Shown here piece after piece: positions 1 through 7,757 of a stretch of DNA of 53,600 nt. Source of the stretch: a virus (lineage: Duplodnaviria; Caudoviricetes); IMG/VR virus record IMGVR_UViG_3300014060_000001, positions 1-53,600 of that record; one strand, written 5' to 3'. The position numbers and the translations under genes were made by a program. Position 1 is the stretch's first letter. Each line of letters begins with the position of its first letter. The notes beneath the pieces are model-generated. The model made no database searches, was not told the origin of the DNA, and saw only the letters and a list, made by a program, of their open reading frames with translations.

Positions 1-18
1 CATCTAAAATTTAATAAG

Positions 19-381
19 ATGAAAATTGTAGATTCAAAAGAAACTATTGAATTTAAAAATAAGAAGTATCAATTATACAAAAAAGAAGAAACTAATCTTA
101 TAGGAGGTAATCAATTACAGTTCAGACAAGTAATGCCCATTAAGTATTTAGGAATTTCTATTATGTTAAACAATACTTTAGTGTTTTATAGGATGCATAA
201 ATCAAAACTGTCTCCTTTTAGTGCACCATTAATAAATACAGTAGGTGATTATGTAGAAGATTGGAGAATTCTACCGAATAAAATCAAAAATTTTAATCTT
301 GAAATGATCTCTTTATTATTAAGATCAACTAAGGTTAAACCAAACTCCGCAATTAACGCATTTTTAAATAAAATCAAATAA
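19..381 (+). CDS. hypothetical protein
   Basis: 120-aa ORF, A-rich leader, in tandem with neighbours; no recognised motif. Confidence 0.7.
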   Translation: MKIVDSKETIEFKNKKYQLYKKEETNLIGGNQLQFRQVMPIKYLGISIMLNNTLVFYRMHKSKLSPFSAPLINTVGDYVEDWRILPNKIKNFNLEMISLLLRSTKVKPNSAINAFLNKIK

Positions 382-389
382 ATAAGACT

Positions 390-947
390 ATGATTCTTAA
401 ATTAAAAGCATTTGCTACAACTACCCTAATGGGTCACAATATTCCAATGTTAACAACAGGTGGAAAAGTTTTTAAAGCCCACACTGTAATGCATAACGAT
501 GATCCAGAATTTGGAGCAGAATTCAAACGGCCTCATACCCATAGTACTCCAATGTTTGGTGTAGTATATGGTATGGCTCCAACTGAAGACATGAAAGGAT
601 ACAAAGTTACTGTTATCATTACCGATCAAAATTTCCAACCTTTAGCTGAGGGTACAAATGCAATTACTACTTTTGAAGTAGCAGCAGATACTTTATTTGC
701 TGAAGGAGTTTGGACTGATAACAAAGATAATGTTATCGACCTTTGTGAACGCTCTAATAAAGAGAGTATTGCAGGTATGAAAAAATTAATGGATGTATTA
801 CAGGCTAAGATTGATTACAATCGCAAAGCTGCCGGTATTACCAAAGAGGCATTAGAAGATTGCCTAAAAGAATCAAATGAATCTACCATATTAGTTGGTG
901 GAAAAAAATCTGCGAAAGACGACTACTTTGTAGAAAAGGAGGACTAA
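390..947 (+). CDS. hypothetical protein
   Basis: 185-aa ORF; no recognised motif. Confidence 0.8.
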   Translation: MILKLKAFATTTLMGHNIPMLTTGGKVFKAHTVMHNDDPEFGAEFKRPHTHSTPMFGVVYGMAPTEDMKGYKVTVIITDQNFQPLAEGTNAITTFEVAADTLFAEGVWTDNKDNVIDLCERSNKESIAGMKKLMDVLQAKIDYNRKAAGITKEALEDCLKESNESTILVGGKKSAKDDYFVEKED

Positions 948-956
948 ATGACTCTT

Positions 957-1009
957 AAGGTTAGAGCTGCGCCTGTTATATTTATATAACGGAAAGGCGC
1001 ACTCTCCTT
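957..1009 (+). other. long intergenic hairpin (possible RNA processing/stability element)
   Basis: AAGG-AGAG-TGCGCCT-GTTATA / TATAAC-(GGAA bulge)-AGGCGCA-CTCT-CCTT. Confidence 0.55.
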
Positions 1010-1049
1010 GTCTTTATCTTAATATTAATAATTTCAAAAACTTATCAGA

Positions 1050-1538
1050 ATGAGCACTAAAGAAAATAAACAAGAGGCTACTAAAAAGCCTATAATTGCA
1101 ACTTCATCAAACTATCTTGCTACAAAAGACAAAGTCAAAAATGTAGTAAACGAAATCGAAGGAGGCCTGGGTAATATTATTATCGGGGAGCTACAGTCAA
1201 AAGAAACAGACAGGCTCATTGGTAAAATAAAGACCATAGGGTTAGAAGCACACGTCGTAATAGGTGAAGTAGCTAAAAAATTCTACGCTATTAAAGAAGG
1301 TGACATTATTCAACATGTTGCTGTAGATGAAGACTCCCTGGCTACTTCTGAAGTGAAAGCATTTAGCGCTGAAAGAGCTAAGCTTAGGCCAAGAGTTCAA
1401 GAAGCCAACAATAAACTCGTCAATGCTTATGATGAAGCCTTCTCAGCTAATACTGAAGCCTCGTGGGATTTAGTAGATAAAATGGTTAAAGAGACCAAGA
1501 AAGTAATTGAGGATGTAAATAAGCACCTTAAATCTTAA
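1050..1538 (+). CDS. hypothetical protein
   Basis: 162-aa ORF, helical character. Confidence 0.8.
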   Translation: MSTKENKQEATKKPIIATSSNYLATKDKVKNVVNEIEGGLGNIIIGELQSKETDRLIGKIKTIGLEAHVVIGEVAKKFYAIKEGDIIQHVAVDEDSLATSEVKAFSAERAKLRPRVQEANNKLVNAYDEAFSANTEASWDLVDKMVKETKKVIEDVNKHLKS

Positions 1539-1541
1539 GCA

Positions 1542-2033
1542 ATGCTGAAAACTAGCTTTTTTAGTAACTTGGCAATAAAACAAGCAACTGAAAAGTTCTT
1601 TGAAAATGGCAAATTTATTAAGAAGTTAGTAGAAGAAGCCATAGAAGAAGAACAACGAAGAGTACAATTGTTATATATCAAATACAATTATCCAGAATTC
1701 AGTTTGAATATTGAAGCACATAAATTAAAAACTAATTTTAAAAATGCTACAGATTCAATTGGATGTGGATGCGATCTTTGTAGAAATAGATTTTACTATG
1801 TTGCAGCTAAAAGAAATATAAAATGGTTTGAGAAATGTTTCCTTGAAGATACTTATTATGGGTACTTTCAAGAAGTATATGAAAGAGAATCTTATCATAC
1901 AGGGTTCCCCGGAATATCAGAAAATGCTTTTTATGATTATAAAATGCACGATCTCCAAACTGTTTTAAAATCTTATGAAATTGCTTATAAAAAAACAGAA
2001 GTAAAATTTAAAGAAATAGGCTTAAACAATTAA
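1542..2033 (+). CDS. hypothetical protein
   Basis: 163-aa ORF containing a CxCxxC cluster (CGCDLC). Confidence 0.7.
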   Translation: MLKTSFFSNLAIKQATEKFFENGKFIKKLVEEAIEEEQRRVQLLYIKYNYPEFSLNIEAHKLKTNFKNATDSIGCGCDLCRNRFYYVAAKRNIKWFEKCFLEDTYYGYFQEVYERESYHTGFPGISENAFYDYKMHDLQTVLKSYEIAYKKTEVKFKEIGLNN

Positions 2034-2254
2034 CCTATTAAATCAAGTAAATTCAGTAGTAGAAGCTAGTACGCTAGTGTGAAACTGCAGCTATCAGATG
2101 ATACCAAATTATATCAGACGTTAGAATCCTGCATACTATGTATAAAATAGAATTTTAATATTCTACCTGATTCTTATAATAAGGAATAAAAAAGATAGGG
2201 CGCCTTGCTAGAGGTGAATGAACTAGATTTTATCAGAAACTTAACAGAATCAAA

Positions 2255-2752
2255 ATGAGAATATACATATATTTATTAATCTTATTCTTCTTTGGTTATT
2301 TAGGATTCAATTCTATAACTAAAGATGAAGATAAGCAAGAAGTGCAATGCTTCCACCTACCCTATACACATGCTGTACAGGAAGACTCGTGCAATCGCAC
2401 GTTTATACAATTAAATATTAAGCAGATAGCTAGACCTGGCCCCATTTCATTTAGTGAGGTCAAATCTTATGTGAATAAGAAAGAGATATTTTTGTATAAG
2501 GAGTCCATACATTTTAACATCCGTTACTTATGGGATATAAATGACATTGCAGACTCAAATTATTTAACCTTGCTACAATCTACTAAGATTGCAATTAAAA
2601 ACAAAGAGCCTAGTATGTTGTATTTACAAGGTTCTAATAAAGCATCCCCTATTCTAGGAAGTATAATTAGGTCCAAACTAATTAGAGATCCCGTACTGTA
2701 CACCTACGAAGGTCCATTTACCTTCATAGAGGGAGGCAGAAAATATGGGTAA
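2255..2752 (+). CDS. hypothetical protein with N-terminal hydrophobic anchor/signal
   Basis: MRIYIYLLILFFFGYLGF N-terminus. Confidence 0.7.
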   Translation: MRIYIYLLILFFFGYLGFNSITKDEDKQEVQCFHLPYTHAVQEDSCNRTFIQLNIKQIARPGPISFSEVKSYVNKKEIFLYKESIHFNIRYLWDINDIADSNYLTLLQSTKIAIKNKEPSMLYLQGSNKASPILGSIIRSKLIRDPVLYTYEGPFTFIEGGRKYG

Positions 2753-3002
2753 ATTAATTATAATGGTTCCTACTCCTAAAGGGGTAGTGAACCTTTTAAG
2801 TAGATCAGAAGATAAAATTGAAATTAGGGTTTATGATTTTAAATCAGGTGGCCATACTTACAATTTTAAAACATGCACCGATTTCACCGTTGAAACTGAT
2901 GGTATTCATTTCAAATTGCTTAGTGACGACATCGTTATACCCTTCTCAAAATTCGACAATATTCATTTAGATAAAATTGAAACTCATGAATTTTTTAAAT
3001 AA
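2745..3002 (+). CDS. hypothetical protein
   Basis: 85-aa ORF overlapping upstream stop (translational coupling). Confidence 0.7.
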   Translation: MGKLIIMVPTPKGVVNLLSRSEDKIEIRVYDFKSGGHTYNFKTCTDFTVETDGIHFKLLSDDIVIPFSKFDNIHLDKIETHEFFK

Positions 3003-3210
3003 AATATCAAATGCCTTTCAAAAAATATTTCATCAGGGGACCGTAACTCATCCAGAAGTAACTGTTATCACAACAGTAGAAGAAAGATTTGAAAAAGTAT
3101 TGGAAGTAGGTAAATCCGGGCTAGTAGCTTTAATTAGTTGCAGTAATGAATTACTTAATTACCACTTTCGGGAAATATGCCGATATAACAGCCCTGTTAT
3201 GGCAATCTAA
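2986..3210 (+). CDS. hypothetical protein
   Basis: ORF 2977..3210; in-frame ATG at 2986 (MNFLNK) is the more likely start. Confidence 0.5.
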   Translation: MNFLNKISNAFQKIFHQGTVTHPEVTVITTVEERFEKVLEVGKSGLVALISCSNELLNYHFREICRYNSPVMAI

Positions 3211-3286
3211 AGTATAGGTCTAAGCCCTACATTGGGGGTTGGAGTCCCCCGCTTTTCCAGTCTGAACTCAATTTAACAATAATAAG

Positions 3287-4756
3287 ATGGAAAATAATGC
3301 AAAGAAGGCACTAGAGGCTGGAGCAATAGACTTTAAAGGTAAATCTTTTTGGATTAAATGGTATAGTGACAAATGTAATTTATATACTGATGCCAAGTCT
3401 ACAAATGAAAATATGTGTACTACATTAAATAGATTACACAAACAAAAATCAAAAATTGACATTAAAATAAACGAAGTAACCTATTCACTGGACTACTCTA
3501 AAGCTGTTGAGTTGCCAGAAGCAAAAAATACTGAATTTAAAAGGTATACAAATGATACCTTAATTAGACCTTTATTAACTAAAGAGGAACTAGATCTTGC
3601 AAGTGAGACTTTAGAAGTAGGTATATGGAAAGAACTTTTATACTTATCTTATGGTGGGGTATATTATGCACATCCTGAACTATTTAAAACAGTTAAATCT
3701 AAAGATACTGTAGTTGCAAAACCTAGCAAATTCAAACAAACAGTTAATAAAATATTCAAACCTAAAGGCAAAAAACGCCCTAAAGTTAATAATCAATTTA
3801 ATACTCAAATGCCAAAGCCTAAATTAGAGGCAAAAGAGCCTGTTTTAAGGACCCCAAACAAAAAGGCAGTAAAGAGTATGCTATTAGAATTTAAAGCCTT
3901 TAAACTGCCTAAAAAGGCTATCTACGGGCATTCTACAAAAGCTGAGCGTACTCATATGCGTATTGAAGACTTGGAACAGATAAGATTGGAAAAAATTGAA
4001 AAGGCTAGAGTTTCTTCTATGCTTATACAAGAAGCTAAACTACTAAATAAGAAAAAGACTCCAGTTGTAATTATTCCTAAAAAAGTACAAGAAGAAACTG
4101 TAAGACCTTTAAAAGTAAAAGGTAAAAAAACTAAGCATCTTAATAAAAGAGACCATATTAAGCTTAACAAAACATTTGTAAAAGCTCCTTTACAATCTCG
4201 TAGAATATACGATAATCAAGAAGATGCGTTAGCTGACTTAGCTATCAATACTAAGTTCAACAAGTTACTTGTAGAAAACGTTAACGAAAAGAAATGGGAA
4301 GTTGTAGTTTATTATAAAAAATCTCGTAAGTATAAATGTACTAACGAGGAGGTAATTACTAAAAGAAAAAAACTTAAGAAAAACATGAATTATGTTATTC
4401 CTAAATCTACTGTTAAAAAAGCCACAATAGTTAAAGTACCTAAAACTCCACTAGTATGCGTAGAGTATAAAGGTATTGTGTACAGATTAGAGAAGAAGTA
4501 TGCTGCAGAAGCAGCTGTTAAACTTCCAGGAGACTTCAATTTTGTAAATAAATCCAAATGGAAAGAAGCAAGATTAGAAGGAAAAACTTCATTTGTACTA
4601 CCTATTCCTACTGTAAAACTTGTTCAAAAGCTTAAAAAAAAGTCTAAACGCAATAAACTTAAAGCTAAGAAGTTAAAGGCATACATGGAAACTCGTAAAC
4701 ACAAGGTTAAAAAATCAATAACCGAACCTAGTAACATTACTACAACAAACTCGTAA
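3287..4756 (+). CDS. very lysine-rich basic protein, unknown function
   Basis: 489-aa ORF with many K-rich tracts (e.g. KLKKKSKRNKLKAKKLK). Confidence 0.8.
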   Translation: MENNAKKALEAGAIDFKGKSFWIKWYSDKCNLYTDAKSTNENMCTTLNRLHKQKSKIDIKINEVTYSLDYSKAVELPEAKNTEFKRYTNDTLIRPLLTKEELDLASETLEVGIWKELLYLSYGGVYYAHPELFKTVKSKDTVVAKPSKFKQTVNKIFKPKGKKRPKVNNQFNTQMPKPKLEAKEPVLRTPNKKAVKSMLLEFKAFKLPKKAIYGHSTKAERTHMRIEDLEQIRLEKIEKARVSSMLIQEAKLLNKKKTPVVIIPKKVQEETVRPLKVKGKKTKHLNKRDHIKLNKTFVKAPLQSRRIYDNQEDALADLAINTKFNKLLVENVNEKKWEVVVYYKKSRKYKCTNEEVITKRKKLKKNMNYVIPKSTVKKATIVKVPKTPLVCVEYKGIVYRLEKKYAAEAAVKLPGDFNFVNKSKWKEARLEGKTSFVLPIPTVKLVQKLKKKSKRNKLKAKKLKAYMETRKHKVKKSITEPSNITTTNS

Positions 4757-4767
4757 AACTTACTCCT

Positions 4768-5103
4768 ATGCGTAAATCAAGAAGTTCTACTCGCAGAAGG
4801 CGTTTAGAAAAAAGAAATAAGATAAAAGTGCAAAACCTTATCAAATTAGAAGGTAAAGACACTAAAAATATAGTTACTATTACAGTAAAAAAAGTCACTT
4901 ATGACTTTCGACCTTATTCTATTTTAGAATTTAAACCTGAAAAAGGAAAACAAAAAGTAAATATAAAGATAAGAGTAGGTGATAGTATCAAGCAAGTTGA
5001 AGCTATTGCAAAAATACATACTTATCCTCTTATTATTATTAAAGAAGAAAGAGCCGCTGAATCCTCTGCCGTCAATAAAGGTACACGAAATCGGGCACAA
5101 TAG
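4768..5103 (+). CDS. small basic hypothetical protein
   Basis: 111 aa, N-terminal RKSRSSTRRRR. Confidence 0.7.
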   Translation: MRKSRSSTRRRRLEKRNKIKVQNLIKLEGKDTKNIVTITVKKVTYDFRPYSILEFKPEKGKQKVNIKIRVGDSIKQVEAIAKIHTYPLIIIKEERAAESSAVNKGTRNRAQ

Positions 5104-5226
5104 GTGCTTTCTAGAGGTAATCCTATTCACTGTAGCTAGTTACAGTAAAGTAAATACTAGTACCCCTGTATAAGGAATTCTACAGGGGACCCTATTTATA
5201 TTATACAATCAATTAAATATAAAATC

Positions 5227-5442
5227 ATGAGTAGAAGCTATAAACAACCAATAGAGAAAGATAATAAATATCGTAAATATTGGAAGTCAGTACGCAGTGT
5301 ACAAAAGCAAGACCTTATAAGATCTGCTAGTTTAGTAGATACTGAAGAAATTGAAATAAGGCCTGCTAAATCTATAGTAAACGATTATGATTATTGTGAT
5401 TATATATTTAGAGATTGTGGTATAAAATACAAAAGAAAATAA
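5227..5442 (+). CDS. small basic phage protein (MSRSYK... type)
   Basis: 71 aa, A-rich leader; starts MSRSYKQP, C-terminal DYDYCDY. Confidence 0.75.
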   Translation: MSRSYKQPIEKDNKYRKYWKSVRSVQKQDLIRSASLVDTEEIEIRPAKSIVNDYDYCDYIFRDCGIKYKRK

Positions 5443-5504
5443 AGCGGCATGAACTACGGTTGAAATACCAGCTATTTTATAGTTAAAATAACCATGCCGC
5501 TTTT
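5441..5504 (+). ncRNA. candidate three-way-junction RNA / terminator-like structure
   Basis: 11-bp outer stem AAAGCGGCATG (5441-5451)/CATGCCGCTTT (5493-5503) enclosing GGT-TGAAAT-ACC and TATTTTA-TAGT-TAAAATA hairpins. Confidence 0.5.
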
Positions 5505-5531
5505 AACTTATCTCAATTTAATATTATTAAT

Positions 5532-6017
5532 ATGGCACAATTATATCATTACTCTGATCCTCACTTTAGTCATTTAAATATAGCAATTAAAAGAGGATTT
5601 CAAACAGTAGAAGAACACGACGAATACATTATTCAACAATGGAATTCAACTGTAAATAAAAACGATAAAATCTTTTTACATGGAGACATTACAATGGAAA
5701 AAGATAAATACTCTATTCTAAAAAGACTTAAAGGTCAAATAGTAGTGATAGGAGGAAACCATGATAAACCTGGACATGCTAAAGAAATGCTTAAATATGT
5801 AAGCGGATTTGCAGGAGCTATCAAATATAAAGGCTTTATCCTTACTCACATTCCCATTCATCCTATAGAGTTAGATGATAAGAGGTTCATAGCTAATATA
5901 CATGGGCATTTTCATTTAAAAGTATTAGATGATAAACGTTACATCAATGTATCAGCTGAAAATATTAATTACAAACCTGTACTATTTACAGAAATAAGCG
6001 CCCAATTCGCTATATAA
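5532..6017 (+). CDS. calcineurin-like metallophosphoesterase
   Basis: motifs SDPH, HGD, GNHD, THIP, HGHFH in canonical order. Confidence 0.92.
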   Translation: MAQLYHYSDPHFSHLNIAIKRGFQTVEEHDEYIIQQWNSTVNKNDKIFLHGDITMEKDKYSILKRLKGQIVVIGGNHDKPGHAKEMLKYVSGFAGAIKYKGFILTHIPIHPIELDDKRFIANIHGHFHLKVLDDKRYINVSAENINYKPVLFTEISAQFAI

Positions 6018-6066
6018 AAATGAGTACTATGCAATGAGTTAAGCTAATGTTTTGAACGCATTAAAT

Positions 6067-6129
6067 TTATTACTGGCCTGGTCACAAGACCTTAGCTAAT
6101 ATAAACTAAGCTATAAGTGCCAGTAATAA
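6067..6129 (+). ncRNA. candidate three-way-junction RNA
   Basis: perfect 11-bp stem TTATTACTGGC/GCCAGTAATAA enclosing GGTC-ACAA-GACC and TAGCT/AGCTA hairpins. Confidence 0.5.
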
Positions 6130-6186
6130 TGAGGGCAGGGAAGAAGTAATAATAGCTTCAAGCAGGTTCGACTCCTGCTCCCTCAA
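6130..6186 (+). ncRNA. minimal tRNA-like element lacking a D-arm
   Basis: T-arm GCAGG-TTCGACT-CCTGC (6162-6178), acceptor-like TGAGGG/CCCTCA, 5-bp stem with 7-nt loop (6143-6159); no D stem, no encoded CCA. Confidence 0.6.
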
Positions 6187-6258
6187 CTAAGCCAAACAGG
6201 CTTAAAGGCATCAGTATTCATACTGCTCTGTCGATTATGTTGAACCAATTATTATAAT

Positions 6259-6942
6259 ATGAAAAAATGGCTTATGGTCCTCTTTTTATCCCTTATGGGG
6301 TATTTGCCGAGTCAGCCTAAATCATTTCAACAGCCTATCATATTAATATCAGAAAATATAGACGAAATAGAGGATTTAAAAATTACCATTTCAGGATTTA
6401 ATTACTTAAACAAAGTTCATAATATAGAAACTTTAAATATACCAAACGGCTGCCCACTAAATTTAAGCGGACTAAAGTATATAAGTGATTATTATGGAAT
6501 ACGATTTCACCCGATTAATAAAAAATATCAAAAACATGAAGGTATAGACCTATCAGGTATTAAAGGGACTGAAGTGTATTCAACTGGAGATGGAATAGTA
6601 GATAAAGTGTATCGTTCTAGAGGATATGGTAAACTAGTAGTAGTAGATCATGGACATAACATTAAAACCTTTTATGCTCACCTTGACGACTTTAAAGTGG
6701 TAGAAGGCCAGTTTATTGCTAAAGGAGGTTTAATAGGTAAACTAGGAAATACAGGAAAATCTACAGGCCCTCATTTACATTATGAGGTTAGAATTAACGA
6801 TAAAAGTATTAACCCTTTACTCTTATATTCTGACACCGCAAACTTAACAGAATCTAATATCATAAACATATTTAAAATCAAATACGATGTCACAAATAGA
6901 ATATCACACGATAAAGATACCTACGCATTTAACGGAGAGTAA
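6259..6942 (+). CDS. M23 family metallopeptidase with N-terminal signal/anchor
   Basis: HEGID (HxxxD), YAHL, GNTGKSTGPHLHYEVR (HxH); hydrophobic N-terminus. Confidence 0.93.
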   Translation: MKKWLMVLFLSLMGYLPSQPKSFQQPIILISENIDEIEDLKITISGFNYLNKVHNIETLNIPNGCPLNLSGLKYISDYYGIRFHPINKKYQKHEGIDLSGIKGTEVYSTGDGIVDKVYRSRGYGKLVVVDHGHNIKTFYAHLDDFKVVEGQFIAKGGLIGKLGNTGKSTGPHLHYEVRINDKSINPLLLYSDTANLTESNIINIFKIKYDVTNRISHDKDTYAFNGE

Positions 6943-7417
6943 GAATATATTCTCCAATTACGTAGACCAAGACTTAACAGCTTTACCTACTATAATTAAA
7001 GAATACAGTTTAAAAGAATTACTTAAACTAAGAGACGAACTTACTTTAAAAAGTAATAATATTTCTAAAAGATTGTCTACAGTTAAAAAATTGACTTTTG
7101 AATATTACCAAAGTCAAATGATTATTGTTAGGGCAATTCATCATAATCTTGCTATAGTAAAAGAAGTTTTAAGTATGGCTAATACTTACATTCAAAGTAC
7201 TATATTCAATAAATCAAATCTTGAAGCCCAACGGCATACCTATATCAGCGTATGCAACTCTTTAAAAAACAACTTTCAGGCTGTATTTAAAAAGGGAGTA
7301 GAGAAAGAGATTGAGGATATAGGAATTAGTATAAAACAATGCATTGACGATTTAGAAGCTTATAATGAAAGCGTTAAAGTAACGGTGCAATTAATCGAAA
7401 TAGAATATGGAAAATAA
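6887..7417 (+). CDS. hypothetical helical protein
   Basis: 176-aa ORF overlapping neighbours. Confidence 0.7.
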   Translation: MSQIEYHTIKIPTHLTESKNIFSNYVDQDLTALPTIIKEYSLKELLKLRDELTLKSNNISKRLSTVKKLTFEYYQSQMIIVRAIHHNLAIVKEVLSMANTYIQSTIFNKSNLEAQRHTYISVCNSLKNNFQAVFKKGVEKEIEDIGISIKQCIDDLEAYNESVKVTVQLIEIEYGK

Positions 7418-7757
7418 ACTGCTTGATAAAAGAGCAGTAAGTCTAGAAGTTGGGGATGTCGTTAATTTTAATATAATTAGCAGTTCTACACTTCAAACAA
7501 TAAGTACTGAGTACGCTGTAATAGGATACTCCACAAGTACACATAAAGATAGGAGAGTAGTTGTAAAAGGCACTCTCCTATTTTCATCTTTGAATAACTT
7601 AAAACCTTTTGAAATATCTAACATACGTGTATCAGGAACTAGAATACAATTATTAGAGGTAGAAAAAAGGAAGTATAAATGGTATTTTACTATTCAACGA
7701 ATAAAAGATTTACTGAAGATTCCTTTTACAAACCTATTGAAAATATTCAAGAAGTAG
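7407..7757 (+). CDS. hypothetical protein
   Basis: 116-aa ORF overlapping both neighbours. Confidence 0.6.
   Translation: MENKLLDKRAVSLEVGDVVNFNIISSSTLQTISTEYAVIGYSTSTHKDRRVVVKGTLLFSSLNNLKPFEISNIRVSGTRIQLLEVEKRKYKWYFTIQRIKDLLKIPFTNLLKIFKK

Noticed and set aside
2060-2140. Hammerhead ribozyme around GTGAAAC
   Set aside because: No CUGAnGA core and no proper stem III/UH site
6130-6186. Canonical tRNA-Leu(TAA)
   Set aside because: No D-arm, no U33, no long variable arm and only ~57 nt; kept as tRNA-like element
6187-6258. HDV-like (theta) ribozyme downstream of the tRNA-like element
   Set aside because: Only two simple hairpins (AAGCC/GGCTT, CAGTA/TACTG); no nested double pseudoknot could be built
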